A stretch of DNA of 64,000 bases, from assembly GCA_012026655.1 (NCBI GenBank), contig JAAILG010000157.1, positions 62,001 to 126,000 on the forward strand, given 5' to 3'. Of this stretch, positions 36,201 to 51,200 are shown piece after piece. Source of the DNA: Hydrolagus affinis (Eukaryota). Below the pieces are notes generated by a model. It was not told the DNA's origin. It made no database searches and saw nothing but the letters and a program-made list of their open reading frames with translations. Within the stretch, counting starts at the first letter, position 1, and each line of letters starts with the position of its first letter. A program made the position numbers and the translations under genes.

Positions 36201-39200
36201 ACAACAACAACAACTTGCAATGTATAAAGCGCCCCTCACGTTATGGTAATGTCCGTCCCAGAGTGGCACCTTCAACAATTCAGCTCTCCCACAGCACCAC
36301 ACGAGGGTGTCAGCCTTATGGTCTATGCGCTTGAAGTCCCAAAGTGGGGACGAATTTACAATCTTTTGTCTCAGAGGCTAGAGTACTGAACCAGGCAGAC
36401 ACCTGACACCTGGTCTGAAGAATACCTTGTTAATTCAAGTTTTAAAGTGAATGTTAAGTCCACTCACAGCACAAGGCTCACTGCATACATTCCGTGTGGT
36501 TTCTCTGTGTTGTTTACTCTGTTTCAAAAACTCTGGAAATCTCAACATTACTTGAGTAAATGAAATGAAAACGCGGATTCAAAAGAGCAAGTACATTTCT
36601 GGTGGAATGATGGGAAGTCATCCGGGATGGAAGTCTCCTCTACCTGATAGTCTTTTTATAGTCTATAGGCCTATTTCAGGCAATAGCGCTCCTTTGAAAG
36701 GTGATTTACATGTTCTAATCACGCACATGGAAAGAAGCCAGGTGCTGAATACAAACCATATTACTTAAGGGAATCAGGTAGTACGACAAAGTCACGTTAA
36801 TGATGAAGCAGAAAGATTCTGAGAGCTGATAATTGCTCCAGAGACATTATGTGGCAAGTAGGGTGTGTATAAAGTAGCTCAGGTGGTACATCAGTTACAC
36901 CCAGTATCAGGACTGCTGCCTAACAAGGTTTGCCTGAGGCTGATGGATAGCAGTCGCTGGTGCAAACAGCAACAGTCTTATGTTGATCGTATCTTCCCAT
37001 GTGCAATGTGCAGCAGATTTATGGAATGAAAGCAGAGCCATTAGTTCAAATAGAATTAACTTTCATAAAGGAATCATAAACGTAAGCCATGATTCATATC
37101 CTCAACTATGGATATTGGCTGTTGGATGTTGATTGATGTTATTAATTGTAGCAATTGGTGAAGTGAAATTAAAAGCATTGGATATGAATGTTAGTGAGAA
37201 ATGGAGCACAGTGCTGCCTATTTTTGCAGTAGAAGACAAGTATATAATGCCAAATTTAAATAGTGTTTTTAAGATGCTCCCATTATCCAGTCTTTTCACA
37301 GTGCTATAATCCTACAAAAATCTTTGGAAAATGAGTTTGTGCCAGAAAACTAGAGAATGGTAAATGTTACACCCTTGGATTTTTGTTTAAAAGGCAAGGG
37401 ATTATTTTTACTTTGATGATGGGTCAACTTCTGGAAACTATATAATCAGGGATAAGGTTTGCAAATGCTTTGAAAGGCAGTGGAGTGGTAGAGGGGGCAG
37501 CACAGCATTCAATCTTGTGAGTGCAAATACTGTACATGTGCGAAACTCTATCAATCCTGATAGGACTGCATTTCTCTCTTGCACCACCGATAACAGTGCC
37601 AGTATAATACTGGTGTGACCGTTGTCAAGCAGTTGATCTCAAAGTGAAAAGTAATTGTTTTTCACATAAACACATCGTTTATGTGAGTCGAATTTATGCG
37701 GTTGAATTTCCAATTAGCTATAATAAAAATCTGTAAACTGATACACCCTGAACATTACATAAGCACCAACATTTGCTGGATATGTTGGAGAACTGCTAAT
37801 ATCAATTTACAATAGATGTGTAATACGTGCCAAAATTTTCAGAGACAAAAAAAATAGGCTGCTGCAAGTTTCATCCTGTTGCTGAAAGCTGATAGTCATA
37901 TTCATAACCTTGGAATAGGTAAAACAGCAAAGATTCAATAGCGATGACTTCAGCTCTCCCACGCAAAAACTCTGTTGTGCAATTTTGATGACAAGCAGTT
38001 CGTTATGTATGGATGATGCTCTCACAGGACGGTGTCTAAACAAATCTCAAGGCCAGCACAAGAATCATTGAGATCCAAGCATTCATTGGCAGAAATAAAT
38101 AGTTCTATTTATTGGGTTCTGACCAATAAAGATTGCTTTGATGGCTGTATTTCTTGAAATGAGGAGAAATCACTCACAAAAAAGATAATAGGTGCTTAAA
38201 CGAACGACAGATACAAAGTTCACCAAAGTATCCTGCGATGTCCAATCTGTCCTGTTCATCTCTCAGAATATATTGATCAATAGCAGTAATTCAGTAGCAA
38301 TTTTTTTCCCCCAAAGTCTATGCAAAATATTTGAATGGACTCAGCAGTTCTGGTGTAACATTTTCCAAGGGCTGTGTTGACTTCCAGGTTTAGTGCAGGC
38401 GAAACAGGATACTTTGTAAGTTCCAATGAAATGGATGGCAGATTTTGTACCATTTGTGGAGCTTTTACTTCTGAGCTTTTCTGAAGTGCTGCGCTGCCAT
38501 ATGATAATTTCCTGAACAGTAGATCCAGATGTTATACCATTTGTGCCTGAAGCTGAATGTAAATTCAAATACAATACACTACCTGATCTGGAATGATTTA
38601 ACTTCATTGAATAAGCTTCGGTTATTACAGCTCATGATTCTGATTTCAATGTGATTCCTTTGTCAAATTTTGGGTTCAGAGGGAAATTTCAGGAATGTAT
38701 CATGTCGACAAGCTACATTAAAAAAAATTGCAAAAGGATTGTGGAACACTGTTAAACGTAAACGAATCAATCTGAATTTATAAATATTACATCACCAGAG
38801 CTACGAATCCCCTGAATGATCTGATCGCGGTCCAACAATTCAGTAGAATATCTGACGGCAACTTTTATGAGAACACGATGATGCATGATGCTCGTAACTG
38901 TGTTTTGAGGTTGCATTATTTGTATTTAATCTTTTGAGATAAGAGCAAATGCAAGTTTTTTGATCCAGTAGCAAAACATTTGTATATCTAGTTTTAAACC
39001 TACCTAAATCCTGAGTAGAAATGTCTTGTGAGTGAAATATGAACAGCCACACAATTTTACAAATGATACGAACAATGGTAGTCACAGAACTAATTGTGTA
39101 TGTGTTTTAGTTCACTTGATCCAGAAAGAATTGATCCCAATTCAAGTACCAGAGTTGACAAGTAAGCTAGAAGTAAATCAATACTTTCTGTTCATGACCT

Positions 39201-42200
39201 GCTCATATAGCTAGCATTAATAATAGGACAGCATCATGTCATATCAGTCCATGGTCAATATTTGGTGCCTTGTAGATAGTTTATCTTCTATAATTGTTGA
39301 ACAGGGTCATAACACTGTTGGCTGCCAATGTTTTATTCTATGTATCCTGTTTATAGATAGTTGCAGGGTTGAATTAATGAAAAAGCTAACTCCTGTTGTG
39401 GGGCTCCTCAATCCTTGGCTTTCGCCAACTTGTACCTCTCTACTATTCTCCGCAATTAAGTTCCAAGGAGAGAGGGGGTGCATTCCATTCCAGACAGAGG
39501 GAAATTTTCATATGTAGGTAGAGTGTCAGTGAGTATGAAATAATGGGCATCTGTGTGGTTTGGGAATCCATCCATCATGGTTAGTAGTAGTCAGAGGTCT
39601 CCAAGAGATTTTATGCTGGACATGCGTGCATCTTGGAGTTTACATCCCATTATAACAATGGGAGTTTTAGTAGACATGTCATTATGTTGTCTCTAGTATC
39701 TACTACAACTGGTGTTGCCATATCCTTGATAGAAAATTGCAGTGTAGACAATCAGTGATATGTTTGAGTAGTCATATGGCACAGTGTACCTGGGAATCGG
39801 TTTCCTCCACATTAGCCAGGCCACCTTTTAAAAGGAGGAAAATGACTGGACTTACAGCTGCCGAAACCCATTCACTGCATTTGTCTACATTCTTTCGTCA
39901 AGTTTCCAATAGATCTTAAGCTCACTGTATATAGGATTTGAAAGTGACAGCTGGTTTACATCAGTAAACAGCAGTTAGCAAAGCATTCAGGCAGTAAAAA
40001 TGTAATTCAATTATTTTATTACATCAGCAGTCATCGCAAAATTAAATAAATATGCAACAAAAACCCTTGCAGCTGTATAACACAAGGCTAATTACATTAT
40101 GTAAAACAAACTCTGTCCTTAGAGTTCAGTTACATGCTTTCAGAGTTTATGACTAGTGTAAATCTCACAGTAGGTCAAAGAGTTTGCCTTCCTTTAAAAA
40201 CTCTAAATATTGCTGTAAAATATCATTATGCAACATATCATTACTTATCTGAAGGCAGGCAAATCTTCAGCTACTTTGCCCCTAACTTCTTGAATTCCAT
40301 CCAGCGGTCCCTCCACCTCGCCTCCTCCCTAGCCTCCTTCAAGTCCTGCCTCTAGACCCTCCTCTTCAACGGTCCCATTGCTCACCCCAAATTCCCTCCT
40401 TTCCCTCCACCCTCTCCTTTCACACCGCCAGCTTGGGTCTGAAACATTGACTGTCGAGCGCCTTGGTACATCCTCCTGACGTGAAAGGCGCTATACAAGT
40501 GTAATTTTGTTGTTGTTGTTATCTGTGTACCAGAGACTTGAGTTATCAATTACTTAAATGCCTTTTTCAACGTGGTAAATTGTGATATCTAAAAATCTCT
40601 ACTTATTAAGATACAAAATAATAATTATTTTTATATTTCAGTTTAAAAGGAACATTGCAGCATACATATAGGCAATTTTTCCATATAAAATCCAGGATAA
40701 AACATTAGCAGTCCACGCCAGTGTTGAATCCCTCTACTGTATCCCTTTATTTTTCTTCCTCATAATACAGTAACTGTAATAATGCTAATACTACTTGCAT
40801 TTGATATAGTGTTCTTCACGTGTTCTAGACGTCTCAAAGCGCTTCACAGAATATACTGTAAAGTGAATTGACTGAACATTTGTGGACGAAATACACAGCC
40901 AGTTGCACACAGCAGTGTACCACAAAGTGTTGTGGATTGAAATGACAATTTATGATGGGTTTTTTTGCATCACGTTTCCTCTTGAATGCTTGGGTGCTTT
41001 CTGCTTCAACCGCAGCTCCTGGGAGTGAGCTCTACATTCTCACTAGCCCTCTGCATAAAGAAGTTCTTCTAAACTTTCCTTTAGATCTACTTTTGGCTGC
41101 TGTCTTATATTTATTTCCCCTTGTCTTGGACTTACCAACAAGTGTAAACAGTCTATTTAATAGTATTTGAACACTAAACCTTGCATTTGATATAGAGCCT
41201 TATATCATGTCATGTATACATCTCAAAATACCTCACATAATGAATGTATTGAAGGATAGATTGAGTGTGTATTTTGTGAACATTTAACATCCGCCCTTAA
41301 CTTTAAACACTTCCATCAAGTCCTTTGATAATGGGTATCCTCTCCCATCCACCCAGTATATTTTTATTGTGTTCTGCTATGAGATGAGATCAGTTTTGCA
41401 TCAAATACACAGGCATTTATCCACTTTCTTATGGGAGAATACAGTACAAACTGCTGATGACTACAAGTGCTATTGGAAATCAATTGTTCCTAGCTGCACT
41501 AGGGCTGACATATATGTGCAAATCAGAACACACTGAATGACATTCACGCCTGATCAATCAGTGACTCCTATATCACATTTAAATTTACCGCATTGGAATT
41601 TGGGTCAGTATCAGACAGAGCCTGTATCAAGTTTGCCGCAGGACCTTTCCTGCAACTTTTGGGTGAAGTGTAGACATGGTTTTCATTTTTGGGATTTAGA
41701 GAAAGCACTCCACTGAAATAATTTGCAGACATTTTCAAAGTCGCACAACATTATCCACAGCCCACCAGGCTCTCAGTTACAAATTCAATTAAATCAGTAG
41801 AACTGGGAGAAAAGGATATGTTTGTGCACTTAAATCATTATTCTACAAATAATAATAATAATTCCTTGCATTCGTTACAGTGCCTTTCGTATCAGGAGGA
41901 CAACTCACAGGAGATGCTTCAGAGGATTTACTGTAAACTGTAGTGATTGAGCATTTATTAGGTGAATGTCACAGCTAGTTTCCATACAGCAGTATTCCAC
42001 AATCAGTCTTGAAGTGAATGGCCAGCTTTATCCAGGGTATTGTTGGCCAGGATACAGGAAGGAAATACATACTTTCTCTTCCGAATAGTGCCATGGGATC
42101 TTTAACGTCCAACTGATCAAGGTTGCTACCAACTGAGTCAGATTGATACTTAAAAGGGTATATGATCCACCTTTCTGTAGACTGGAAATCCGTAAGAAAA

Positions 42201-45200
42201 TGGCACCACCAGAAATGAAAATTTGGATGCAAATCTCTAGTGTGTTGGAATGATTCCTGGATATGTGCCTTGCAATTCATATGTAAAATTACTTGCTGAA
42301 AAGTACTGTACTTTCTTTACTTTCTGCAGGATTTATGATCACTTATGGTTCATGCCATCTGTTGTTTTCTCACAAACTGAACTTTGTAGTAGTTAATGTT
42401 TTTTTGGAAAATGACTCACAGAATGGGAACAGTGGATAAACAATAGCAGATTGTATCCATAACCACACAAAGAGGAAAATAAGTACAGTATTGTAAATCA
42501 TCAAATAAAAATGTGCATTCATTGTGTAAAATAGCTACCAGCAATTAAACAGATTGAAATTAGAAATTGCAAAATAAACTGTAGTAGGAATTGTCATTTC
42601 CAATCAGAGGGAACAAACATTTGGGAGAGAAATTGCACCTGGGCTGAGATTTACTCTATTTATGTAGAATTTTCAAGTGTCCAGAATTTGGCACATTCTT
42701 AAATAGAGCTTTAAGAACTACTGAAGCAACTTCAAAGGTAAGACTCGATCCAACAATTTGCCAGATCCTCTACTAACTATAAAGGCACATAAATAGACTA
42801 AATTTAGACCCAAGTGGAATTTCTTTCCCACTCTACGTGATTAAGAATAGCTTATTTCCCAGAAAAAGTTTTCAAACATGAAAATGATCAATTCTAATCA
42901 ATTTTCTGCTTATTAAGTCAACTGGGTCAAACAAACAAATAGCAAGATTTACTTTTTAATTTCTTAGACATGAATCAACTTTCGATGTTAACTGATGTAG
43001 CCTCACCAAGGTACTGGCCCTATTCAGCTTGGCTCAGTTGATCAAACAACAAGAAACAACTTAGTTCTGATCAAAAAGGCACTTCCAGAATGAGCCAAAC
43101 TTCTAAAAACAATGACTGATTTTGACTGAAATTACATGAGACATTTGAGACTGTTGCTGTGGTTAAGTGCAATGAATATGCAAGGTATATCTTCTTTCTA
43201 TTTTGTTGGGGGCTGCTTTTCAGTCATTCTCAATCTTATTGTGACGTGCAATGCTTTCAAATTCTCCAGCAAAAATAGTCGGTGGGGGCAGGAACTCTGA
43301 GTGATGTTTCCCCCCCCCACCCCCATTCAGCGAGTTCGCTGGTGAGACCCCCAAAATTGTAATTTTACCACATCTTTTATCACCTAGCAACATCTCAAAA
43401 TGTTTCAAAAACCATTAACGTCAACTGGCTGTTTCGATGGGCAAATACGATGGCCAGCAAGGCCGATGAACCGCAATAAAGTGTATTAATCTGGAGGATT
43501 GTTGGCCGAGACACTGGGACCCATTGTAGCACTTCCACTGTCATTGGCGCTGAAATCCATTAATTCAAGCCAGACCAGGGATCAAACTTGAACCTTCTAG
43601 GCCTGTAGTGGCTCCATGCCACACGACAGGATGTCTGTCTTTATCAACTAAACCATAGGGGAATTCACCACCCTTTTAAATGGTCTACCAACATGAAAAG
43701 GATTTTGTATAAAAACACAACATAATAGCCAGTATATATTTAACGTGGCAGCCAAGAGAAGAAAACCTGCAGCATTCTATTTCAATGCCCCGCGTTATAA
43801 ATTGCATATGTGCAGAATTTTTATTCGTGCAATCTCAGTGAAACAATATTTACCCCAGCAGAAGCACAAAGCTCTTTCAGAGTGTTTATTATGTATGAGA
43901 AGAATGATTAAACCCTCATTTAGCCATCTGTCTTCATCAAACAAAATGTTGGTTTTGGCACCAAGCATTATTCCCTTTCAACTGGTGCAAAAAAGGCAGT
44001 TCAGTGCTCATCCAAAGGTCACATCTGACTGATTTAACACGTTTGCTTCAATTTTATTTTACCTACTTCATTTCAGGCAAATGAAAACAAGAAGTGTCTG
44101 AACTTGCTAGATTAACATGAAGCAGGTAGCGCCATTTAAAATTAAGATGCAATCCTTTCTTCTCTTTCAGATTTAAGGGTTGATGAGAACAAATCTCTTC
44201 CATGTCCGAGCTGGGAAATGAAAGGTAGCAGTTCATTTCAATAACTACTGCACTAATAAACTCAGAAGTTTTGATTCCTTCCATACAGGGGACAGATGTT
44301 AAGTTATTAGCTGACACTGATTTTGTAACACTTTTTTGTGTTAAGATTACCTGGGGTGATTCTGTTTCAGAATACGCACAAAAACATAAAAATACCTGTA
44401 ATATTTTAGGTTACAGAGTATACTATATAGGTACGCTTATCTTAAAAGGTTTGTGAGTTTTGCTATTTTCCAGTAATTGCTTTGCAAGTTAATGTGTACA
44501 ATGCAATTTGTTCTTTGTGTTCGTTCATAATACTGTGGTGCCTTGTCATGGCAATGGCAATAAAGTACTCATTGCAATCTGCTGGCTCAAACCACAATAT
44601 CCACCTTGTGAAAGGCCCGGTTCTGTGAAAGGAGTTCACACAGCAAATATACAGGTTCATTGTTTATAGTTCACTTAGATCATAACTCACCTGTGAAGTC
44701 AATATACAGATATACATGTATATGCCTGTCTCTCCCCCTTTCCTATCTCACTTTCTGCCTTCAAGGGTGAAACATTCGGCAAGTTTCCTTACTCCACGTA
44801 CCTAATAATAATCCCTAAAAAAAAAATGGGTGATTTCAATCCGCGACTGTTTGTGGGGTCACTCCTGTGCACAATTGGCTGCCTCGTTTAGCCCACACAT
44901 ATACAGTCAATTCACCTTACAGTGTATTCTGTGAAGCGCTTTGAGACATCTAAAAGACATGAAAAGCGCTATATCAACTGCAAGGATGATTATTATTAGT
45001 AGCGTTACTGTATACCACAATGATCCAGATCACAGGCAATGAGAGAGTTTGCCTGAGGGATGAGTTTAGGAGGCACTAAATTTTGGGGAAACTTACTTTG
45101 CCAAATGTCACAAGAAAACTGCATTTGATTGACTCACATCTAATTCATGTTTTTTTATTTCATTGTATTTGTTGATGTCAGTTTGATGGAGTAGCAATAG

Positions 45201-48200
45201 GTAGGAATCATGAAACATTCCATGTCACTCAGCTAAAATTGCTAGGAGGGGTGTGATTATATGTTCCCAATATTTTTTTTTCCTCCCAATGTCTTGCCTG
45301 TCACATACACTTAAGGATTTCCACTCATGCAAAATATTATTCTGGAATTGCTCCAATAAAATTCTGTTGTTCTTCTCTCCATCTTGTTACTAACCAGGTG
45401 TTCATTTCTCCATCGAGGAGAAAATTCTCACCATCCACAGAATCAATTTAAACACAGGTTGTGTTTGAGGGCCAGGACAAAAGTCTTTTGTTGTACAACA
45501 GTCGAAGAATGCACTAAGTCAACAATAAATGTTCCCTTTTGAATAGACTGAATAAAGTACTTCATAAACATATCATTCCTTGCATTTGATATAGCTCTTT
45601 TCACATCTTCCAGACGTCTCAAAGTGCTTCACAGAATATACTGTAAAGTGAATTGACTGTATATATGTGGGTGAAACGCATGTCCCACAAACAGTCCTGG
45701 ATTGAAATGACTAATTTATTATTGTTTTTTTTTAGGGATTATTGTTAATCTGTGTAGTTAATATGTCTGCATAGGGTTGGCGTATAGTCAAATTGGAGTC
45801 AGATGGAATTCACTGAAGATTGTCAGATGTGAATTTTGGCAATATGATATTTCATAGCATCAAATTTGTTCTGAACTTTTGCATTTTTCACCACCTACAA
45901 GTTATCGTAAGGAAAAGACTTAGAACTGGAGTACATACTGTTAAGAGCTGTGTAGCTTCAACTAGTGCTTTAAACCAGATTAATGATTGGTTATAAAGCT
46001 TTTAATAAAGGCCAATGGAACATTATGGTTATGGGGAGAGAGCTGGGCAGTGGGATTGAGTTGCTCTTTTCAAAGAGCCGGCACAGACTAGATGGGCCAA
46101 ATGACCTCCTTTTGTGCTGTAAAATTCTATGATTCTATATCAAAACTGTTTCGGTGTACCTTTCTGGTAGGTTTACTTTTCCAAGAATTCACACAACACG
46201 GTATGTGATTTTCTGAGTGAAGTCATTCTCTGAAACTTTGTGCTATAGTTTGGATTCCCCTTTTGACATTGTAGCTTATTATCCCTTGCAATACCAAGGT
46301 ATCAAGTTAGACATGCACCCGTATACAAATATGACTAGTAATTCCACATAACCAGAATATAAAATAGATAACTAATGCAAGGTAAATAGCTGAAAGAGGC
46401 TAATTTGGGTTGAAGAATTTTACTGGAATGTGTTGGCTGTAAAAACACATAACCTCTGCAAGAAGAAAAAAACATTGTGACCGGCAATACCTATAATCTC
46501 TGACTTTGTGAAAGAGGTGGTCATGGCATATTACATATGAAACACTGATTGTAAATAGAGTTCTGTCACTGACATTTGTGAGCGATATAAAAACATGTGA
46601 AGCATTTTGTACTGTTGAATGTCCCTCCACCATGCTGCCATGTGCCACATAGTCATGCCTCATTTATTATTTTAATAGGAAACTAGTTATCACATCAATA
46701 TTATTGATAGAATGCAGATACTGTCTTAGATATTAGTTAAAGTATATAGAACTGAATGTAATCCTGAAACTGGTCAAATATAATAAATTGCATCCTTGCG
46801 TTTGATATAGAGCTTTTCACGTCTTCTGGACATCTCAAAACGCTTCACAGAATATACTGTAAAGTGAATTGACTGTACATTTGTGGGAGAAATGCGGCAG
46901 CCAGTTGCACACAGCAGTGTCCCCAAACAGTCATCGATTGAAATGACCAATTAATTATTATTATTTTGAGGGATGATTATTAGGTATGTGGAGTAAGGAA
47001 ACTTGTCCAAGGTTTCGCCCTGCCTGAAATTGAACCCAGGTCTCCCATTTGTAAGGCAAGTGCTCTAACCACTGAGTTATGATCATTCTTAATGATTGCA
47101 TGTAAGCTATTAGCTAGATGTAAGGTTTTTATCCCTGTTATCCTGGTTTATATTCCGCATCTAATCCAAATTCAAATTAACTGGCTGATCATTTTATTGT
47201 TATTTAAGGGATGTTGTTGGTGCATTTAGCTCTTTGTTGGACTATATAACTACCTTCACTCCATTTCTTATCCATTATGTTTCATGTTGCACTTTCACAT
47301 GCTTTATTTACCTCCTTCACTAGTACAATTTAACTTAACTTTGGAAAGAATGTGCATAAATTGCTAAATCTATTTATTCTGTTGGCTTTATTATTTAATT
47401 AAATATAGACATATATATATTTTTACAGATGAACAGTGTTTTTTAACTAAAAGTTGCAACTCAGCCACACTTCGTCCAACATGAAGTAATAATCGGTGAT
47501 AAACCGATGTTTAAAATAAGTCAACAGGGCAAAACTTAGTGCATTTATTTCAAAACATCTGAACTGGCCAATGAGAATATTGACTCTGGCAAAATCCCGT
47601 GTATATATTTGAACAGAGTATATTAAGGTAGGGAAAATTCTGTTTTGAAATTTACCCAGCAAACTCCTTCACCTTCCAATCAATACAAACTCCCATCTGG
47701 GTGATATTCTGGGAACGAAGATCATATGAAAGTGGTAAAGGCCTGCAAACTCAATATTCAAAGCTCCCAATGCAAGTCACCAAACCTTTAATTTTCTCAC
47801 ACTGAAAAAAATAATTCAAAAAGCTCCGTGCAGCAGTTAACAGATTGGAGGTGCTGAGCAATTCTGCAAGTCTTTTGGTGAAGATATCTTATATGTTTGA
47901 AAATTGCTGTCACCGTAGCATTAGGCAACAAATTCCAAATGTCTACTCAAAACTTCAATAAAACAGAATGATTTCAAGGAAGAAACCAGAGATGATAATT
48001 CAAAAATTGGTTATTGTATAAAAGATGCATTTTGAGATTTTTTTCTGCAGAACAACATAATGTATTTGATATTGATACAGTATTCGACTAATAATTTGTT
48101 CCAAATTCCAAGAGTTTCTAGTCAGATTCCATATAATTATCCAGGGACTGAAACAGAATATTTTGGCAACCAGAAGCATGTGATCCTACCCTTGGGACAT

Positions 48201-51200
48201 TTACTGCCCTGATTACTGATCTGCTCTGACATTTGCTGTGTTTGAGGTCAAATTACCATTGTTTTCTGGAAAGAGATAATCCGTGTGCTGTTTGCGACAC
48301 ATCTCAAGATGTACCTCTTTCAGTCTTCTTTTCCCTTCCCACCCCTTTCAGCTCCCACCTCCAGCTCAATAGCCAAGCCAACTGGGTCAAGAGCTTTGAG
48401 ACTTCCACCCAACATGAAAGCCTCTCTATCAATATAAATTGTGACGGAAAGAACTGCTGATAACTATTTTTGTACTTACTCCATTTCTCCATCATCTGTT
48501 CTGGGATCTTTTGGTGTCCCAACATCTTCGAGTACTGTAGTACTTTTACACTGCTGTTAAGAATACTAATATAAAAATGTGACCTTACCTCCCAAGATGA
48601 CCGTATGCATATTTTCCATCAGAGATCACAAGAGCGATTTCATTCAATTCCATTGAATATGCACAGAGTTCAAGAGCCTACATGTAACAGAGAAACATCC
48701 AAGCATTTATTTGTGGAAATTTACAGATTTTCAAAAGGTAAATCATCTGGTGCTGCTTTGTGCAAAAGTACAGATAGAATTACATTAAGATTGTTTGTGT
48801 ATGTACTTTTGTACCCCAAATGCTGCTTAGTTTACAGGTCTCTGGCACCATTGACACTCAACAACAACTTGCATTTGGATAGAACCCTTCTGGATCTACA
48901 TCTTAGAATGCTTCGTGCTGGTGGGGGTTGGACATTGAGGAAGGGGAAGATAGGTAACGTCGAGGAGGTCGGTTTTGGTTGGAACTTGAAGACAGATAGA
49001 GAGTGAGTGTAGGTGGAGGGATAGAGGCAGTTAGTTCCAGAGATTAAGGGTGTGGTGACTGAACATATTATCATATTAGAACCAAACCCTGTTATGATCA
49101 ACTTACGTTACCAAACTAAATGTGAGTTAATTCTGAGATATTTGTTGATTTGCAATTGAAAGGAAGATTCTGGTTTGGGTCAATTTAAAACAATTTGTAT
49201 ATCATGACAAGTTTTTGATTTCAATTGGGCTGAAAGGAACATGATTTCCAGCAGGTAAGAATAGGAGGTGAGTAAAACGTTCAGTTGCAATGAAGAGCTT
49301 AAACAAGTCATGCATTTGTGACTAATCCTGTGAAATGACCTTTCATGACAATGGAAATCTATCAGCTGTTGGAATGACTCATTTCAGTTGAGGCTAATAG
49401 TTGAGTAAACTTTTGCTGTTTTAATGCATCTCTAATCCGGTCGTCAGAGAGCTTAAAAACTAATCGTCTATCCAACCCCTTAGCCAAGGTGATATGAATC
49501 ATGCAGGGAGAAATTAACAGAAGTAAACTAAAATAAATTGGGTTGAATAAAATAGTAAAACAAGTTGCAATCCCCTGAACGATCAGGGTATAAATGAATC
49601 ATCTCATATAGTTCATATGGACCATGGCATTTTTAAAAATTATTTGAACATCCCACACCAAAGTAAAAGGCTATAGTAGTATATTGCGCCATTGACTGAA
49701 TCACAGTAAGTTAACCATTTGCAGCCAGTAATTGTTCCTGGGTCGAAACTTAGTTTTTTCCTTAATATTTCAGCTTGTACATATTTTGGCAAATTCTTCA
49801 ATTCAGTCTTTAATTTGGGAACAGTTTTTTTGGGTGGTTCTTAAAAGAACCCATGGAAATGTTAAAAACTGGCTTCAAAAGCAAGGCTGAATTTAAAGAA
49901 TCTTCTAAAAGTTAGACATTCAGAAACACTGAGGAAATAGGCTTAAGTCTAGAACCAGGTGGCCCTTATTCATGAGGATGGAAAATTAGTCAATTTTTCT
50001 GCCCACACCCCTAACCTAAATTAATTGTATACAAGATGACGGCAGATACTTATGGCCATTGTAACCAAAAGGTTGAGCAGCCCCTTCAAGTGATGAAATG
50101 GAAGTTTTCTGCACTGTACATATATTGACCTTTGCATACCATATAACAGCCAGGCAGCAGAGATGCTTTGGATAGTATTTCATTCCTTTTCATACATACG
50201 TATGTATCAAAGAGATCTTGCTTATAACAAACTTCTTTGACCTCATTTACCGTAAAACTTTCAAGAGAAGTTCCAGCTACAATCACTTGAGTGGGGTGCT
50301 GAAGGGTTTATTTTCTAAAACTAACTTGTCACAGAAGTAATATGAGAAGTGAAGCTGCAGCTCAAATCCGTGTGTGAATAATTTTTGGATTGACTTCAGC
50401 AACACTGATCTTATCCTCGATTAGAGTACTTAATCATCTTATCCCTCTCCTATTGTGTCTCCCCAAATATGAATCACTAAGTGCTCTAGCAGGGAAAATG
50501 TGAAATTCCTTTTAAAATATCTAGTTTCACATGATGCCATTGAACTTTATTTTAGAAAAATGGTTTCAAGTTCACTGGGGCTTTCACTATATAATAAAAA
50601 ACAGATCACAGAGACCATCAACAATTGTGATCACAATAATTATTGACTTTGTCCAAATTATTGATCACACCATAATGTAAGTGTAGCAGAGGGAGGGACA
50701 TTCTACTATGGTAACCAAACAGAGCTGTATGTCTATTTATCGGAGACAGATCATATTGGAAATAAACTACAGTTGGCTTTCTTCCAAATGACTTCCAACA
50801 AACGTAAAATTACCAGAAATATTCTGTATTTCATTTATGGTATAAAAAGAACAGGTTCTTGCAGAAATAAAGTATTGTGCCCCTGAAGATATACTTTTAT
50901 TCAGTGAATGACTGATTCTAGCTACAGATTGTTGGCCAGGACGTTCTCTTCATACAGTTTGCATGGCCACTTGCCTTTACATTTATCAATCTAAAAATTG
51001 CCCTGACTTCCATTGAATTCATGACACTGGCACTTTAAATTGTGCCGTGGAATTCCATTGCCTTCTAATTAAATAATTATTTTCACTGAGCAGAGCACGT
51101 GATTACTCCCTCCACCCAAAATTATTTTATCCCAGATCCTCTGGTCAGAAGTAGAAGTTGATTTCACAGAACAATAATAAAATATAATAATCTTTGCGTT

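Noticed and set aside
36797-36945. ATGATGA followed by CTGA boxes, resembling a C/D snoRNA
   Set aside because: C-to-D spacing is too short or lacks a terminal stem, no recognisable rRNA antisense element, and it lies on the strand opposite the established host gene.
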